Origin: Escherichia phage fp01
Reading direction: 5' to 3' (one strand)
Sequence record: NC_048731.1
DNA: 64,000 bases
A program made the translations under genes and the position numbers. The notes under the pieces were generated by a model. That model searched no databases, was not told where the DNA came from, and worked only from the letters and a program-made list of their open reading frames with translations. How positions within the stretch are numbered: the first letter of the stretch is position 1; each line of letters opens with the position of its first letter. This document shows, piece by piece, positions 61,595 through 64,000 of the stretch.

Positions 61595-63652
61595 TTACCT
61601 TATATGGATGTACCCGTTTTGCAGGTCTATCTTCATTCTGTAATAGGCTTCCGGGTTGGAGGATAGTGCTGCTGCACGATCATATATAATATTTACACCG
61701 ATTTGGGATAGGAAAGCATTACCAGCAACTATTTTACTAGCAGTTACAGTACCATTAACTATCATATCACCGTGTAAGACCATAGCAGGGCTAACCCATG
61801 CCGAGCCATTCCATTGTCTAGTAAATGCTGTTTGCGGAGCATTACTATTAAACTCAGTTAATACATCGTATTTAACAGGCGGGGAACCAAAATTACTTTG
61901 GAAGAAGGAGTTAGCACGACTATCGTCCCATCCTCCTAATCCGGCCACTCCAAGAGAATACATGCCCGGACCTCTCTGGCCATCCGCACCAATAGTACCT
62001 TCAGTACCACTCCACTGAACAACATCCGCCCAACTAGTACCTTCCAATAATTTATTTGTAACAGGGTCTAGAGTACCAGTTGTAGCATAAATATTCTGAG
62101 TCATATCAGTACGGTTAGGTGGTGTTTTAGACCATCCAGGAGGCGGATAATCTTGCTCCAATGGTTTTGCTGGCAAACTTTTACCAAGTTTATAAACAAA
62201 TACTGTTTGTTTACCCTGCATCCCAGTACCAATATCTACGTCTCCATTAGGAGTACCAATAACAACTCCACTAGAAATACGAAGAGTATCGCCATCATAG
62301 CGTATCCACTGAGTAGCATTACCTATATCTAACTTTGGCTTAGCAGAAGTGTTATCCATTCCCATCCAGATACCAGATTTTGTATCTCCCCAAGTTTTAC
62401 CTTGAGTATAGATTGCCGGGTTATCTTGGCCAGTTAGATTAGTCATTACAAAGTTAGCAGCATTGATAGTTTTAGTTATAATACTACCATCAACGTTAAC
62501 TATCTTTTTAATAGGGTCGAAAGATATTGGTGCTTTTCCTTCTGCATCTAGGAGGCCTATATTAATAGCACCAGTAGCAGCATCGATTAAAAATGTTTGC
62601 TTCCACGTGGAGCCATCTTTGATCTTACCTTTAATATACGCATAGTTTACTTCTATACCAGTTTCATTAACAAAGCTATTATCAAGATGGGTGTCCTCAT
62701 TTAGTATAAAAGTCTGTACTGCAGAATCTGTAACATCTTGAGCATTTGGCCCCCACGCTATAGAGGAGACCTTAAATTTATGCTCAATTTTCCACGGAAA
62801 CGATATAATAGTTGCCGCTTGTGCAGCACCTACGTTAATTTTTTGGGCCTTAGTCCATCCAGTTCTTGCAAATTCTGTGGAATCTATATAAGAAACGACA
62901 AATTCCCGAACATTGGCTCCAGATCCCCTATTCCACTCCCACTGTACACGAAGGTCATATCTCTCTTTACCATCTGCAATTCTTGCAGCCTTGAAGGTAA
63001 TATTGCTAGGAGCAGTGGGCGGTACAAAGTTATACTCTACAGTAAGAACTTTAGAAAATTCAAAGTATCCAGAGGAGTCTACCGTTACACCATCAGGCAT
63101 AGTAACTTGCCCTGATATGCGTACTTTATAATCACCAATAGGGACACCACCAAATCTAATAGTGGGGGATAACGGACCTACATAATATTTTACCCACGTA
63201 CTATTTGAAGGTTGAGTACTTTTTAACTCAATAGTACAGTAGCTTGCTTCACCAGTTGTTTCTACGACAACTATCGGTGCACCTACCCCAACATCCACAG
63301 GTTCTGATTCAGATCTTGCTGCAACAATTGTTGGCTTCTCTTTTGTCCTAAAGTTAGTCTCATTAGAGAGATTGATACCAATCTTAGCCTCTAACAGTTC
63401 AGAATCAATAATAGAGTCGTAAAAAGCCCCTTGAATCTCATAAGAGGTTGAAGGGGTCAGATTATTAATCATTACGAAGAAAGTATCTATACCAGTATAA
63501 TCACGTCTATCTATACTTTCTCCTGTCTTTAACCAAAAAGATCTGCCAATAACGTCATAGTCAGTATATATAGAATGCTGGACATATGCCATTGTATATC
63601 CAGTCATTATACTATTTAAGACCATTTTGGCTGGTGCATTATTCGAAATCAT
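61595..63652 (-). CDS. tail/baseplate structural protein (beta-rich, fibre-like)
   Basis: ORF track 61595..63667; likely start is ATG 63650-63652 (MISNN...) overlapping the upstream stop as TAATG; Gly/Thr/Ser-rich with no enzymatic motifs. Confidence 0.55.
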   Translation of the reverse strand: MISNNAPAKMVLNSIMTGYTMAYVQHSIYTDYDVIGRSFWLKTGESIDRRDYTGIDTFFVMINNLTPSTSYEIQGAFYDSIIDSELLEAKIGINLSNETNFRTKEKPTIVAARSESEPVDVGVGAPIVVVETTGEASYCTIELKSTQPSNSTWVKYYVGPLSPTIRFGGVPIGDYKVRISGQVTMPDGVTVDSSGYFEFSKVLTVEYNFVPPTAPSNITFKAARIADGKERYDLRVQWEWNRGSGANVREFVVSYIDSTEFARTGWTKAQKINVGAAQAATIISFPWKIEHKFKVSSIAWGPNAQDVTDSAVQTFILNEDTHLDNSFVNETGIEVNYAYIKGKIKDGSTWKQTFLIDAATGAINIGLLDAEGKAPISFDPIKKIVNVDGSIITKTINAANFVMTNLTGQDNPAIYTQGKTWGDTKSGIWMGMDNTSAKPKLDIGNATQWIRYDGDTLRISSGVVIGTPNGDVDIGTGMQGKQTVFVYKLGKSLPAKPLEQDYPPPGWSKTPPNRTDMTQNIYATTGTLDPVTNKLLEGTSWADVVQWSGTEGTIGADGQRGPGMYSLGVAGLGGWDDSRANSFFQSNFGSPPVKYDVLTEFNSNAPQTAFTRQWNGSAWVSPAMVLHGDMIVNGTVTASKIVAGNAFLSQIGVNIIYDRAAALSSNPEAYYRMKIDLQNGYIHIR

Positions 63653-64000
63653 TAAATGGATGCCCACTCCACAGACTGTTCTCCATCATCTCCTTCCGCT
63701 CTAATACGAAAATATAGTTTTCTATTGATTCCTAGAGCATCACTATTATGAAGAGCAAAATCTGCCTTATTATACATTAATAAATAGTCATAAGTATACT
63801 GATTTTCAATACGTACACTTCTTAGCATTCTATTCTGGGAATCATAGATTTCCAGAGTATAGAATATACTTTCTATTATATCTTCTTCTGGTATCCTATC
63901 CCAAGCTAGTTTTACATCTGGGCCTACAAATTCAGTTACATCCCCAGAAGCCGTATTAGTTACCCTAAAATTAGATACTACGCTTAGGTTTTTAGCAGAG
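63652..64000 (-). CDS. partial CDS (C-terminal part; N-terminus beyond window end), probable tail structural protein
   Basis: open minus-strand frame from the window edge to stop at 63652-63654 (...EWASI*). Confidence 0.4.
   Translation of the reverse strand, partial: SAKNLSVVSNFRVTNTASGDVTEFVGPDVKLAWDRIPEEDIIESIFYTLEIYDSQNRMLRSVRIENQYTYDYLLMYNKADFALHNSDALGINRKLYFRIRAEGDDGEQSVEWASI

Noticed and set aside
1-64000. CRISPR arrays, integrase/attachment sites, transposases
   Set aside because: No regularly spaced direct repeats, tyrosine/serine recombinase motifs or transposase-like ORFs were seen; the only repeats are the promoter family and the tail-fibre heptad array.

Overview
This window reads as the early/replication region of a T5-like (Demerecviridae/Tequintavirus-type) virulent phage, running into the start of the late tail-fibre genes. 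Left third (1-12.6 kb, almost all minus strand): a dense tRNA array (about 26 tRNA or tRNA-like genes read from cloverleaf features by eye) interleaved with small ORFs, an HNH endonuclease, a GrcA-like glycyl-radical protein and a HicB-like mini-ORF. A T5-type early promoter (-35 TTGCTT/TTGCTA, 17 bp spacer, -10 TATAAT, conserved downstream ATTTATATAAATTGAGAG-like block) recurs on both strands. 12.7-14.5 kb: an oppositely oriented three-gene cassette of low-complexity (Gly/Gln/Cys-rich) proteins with its own promoter and terminator, then an SPFH/band-7 protein. 15.5-29 kb (minus): tRNA-Arg, an ORF-free promoter-driven region, YqeY-like protein, SleB-like cell-wall hydrolase, DEDDh exonuclease, RNase H, HNH endonuclease, thymidylate synthase, DHFR, nrdB, nrdA, PhoH. 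29.4-56.7 kb (plus): anaerobic RNR NrdD, Sir2-like and HAD-like proteins, a 995-aa P-loop protein, a two-gene (split) NAD-dependent DNA ligase, DnaB-like helicase, primase, family-A DNA polymerase (855 aa), SF2 helicase, SSB-like protein, SbcD/SbcC, Hjc-like resolvase, flap endonuclease, dUTPase. 56.8-64 kb (minus): tail-fibre/baseplate genes, including an S74 chaperone-domain fibre and a heptad-repeat fibre gene broken by a 41-nt N run. No single obviously novel system was identified; the best candidates for follow-up are the ORF-free promoter-driven RNA regions, an elongated tRNA-like gene, the low-complexity cassette, and the GrcA-like/NrdD pairing without an activase. All calls are from manual reading of the sequence and ORF track; no searches were run.
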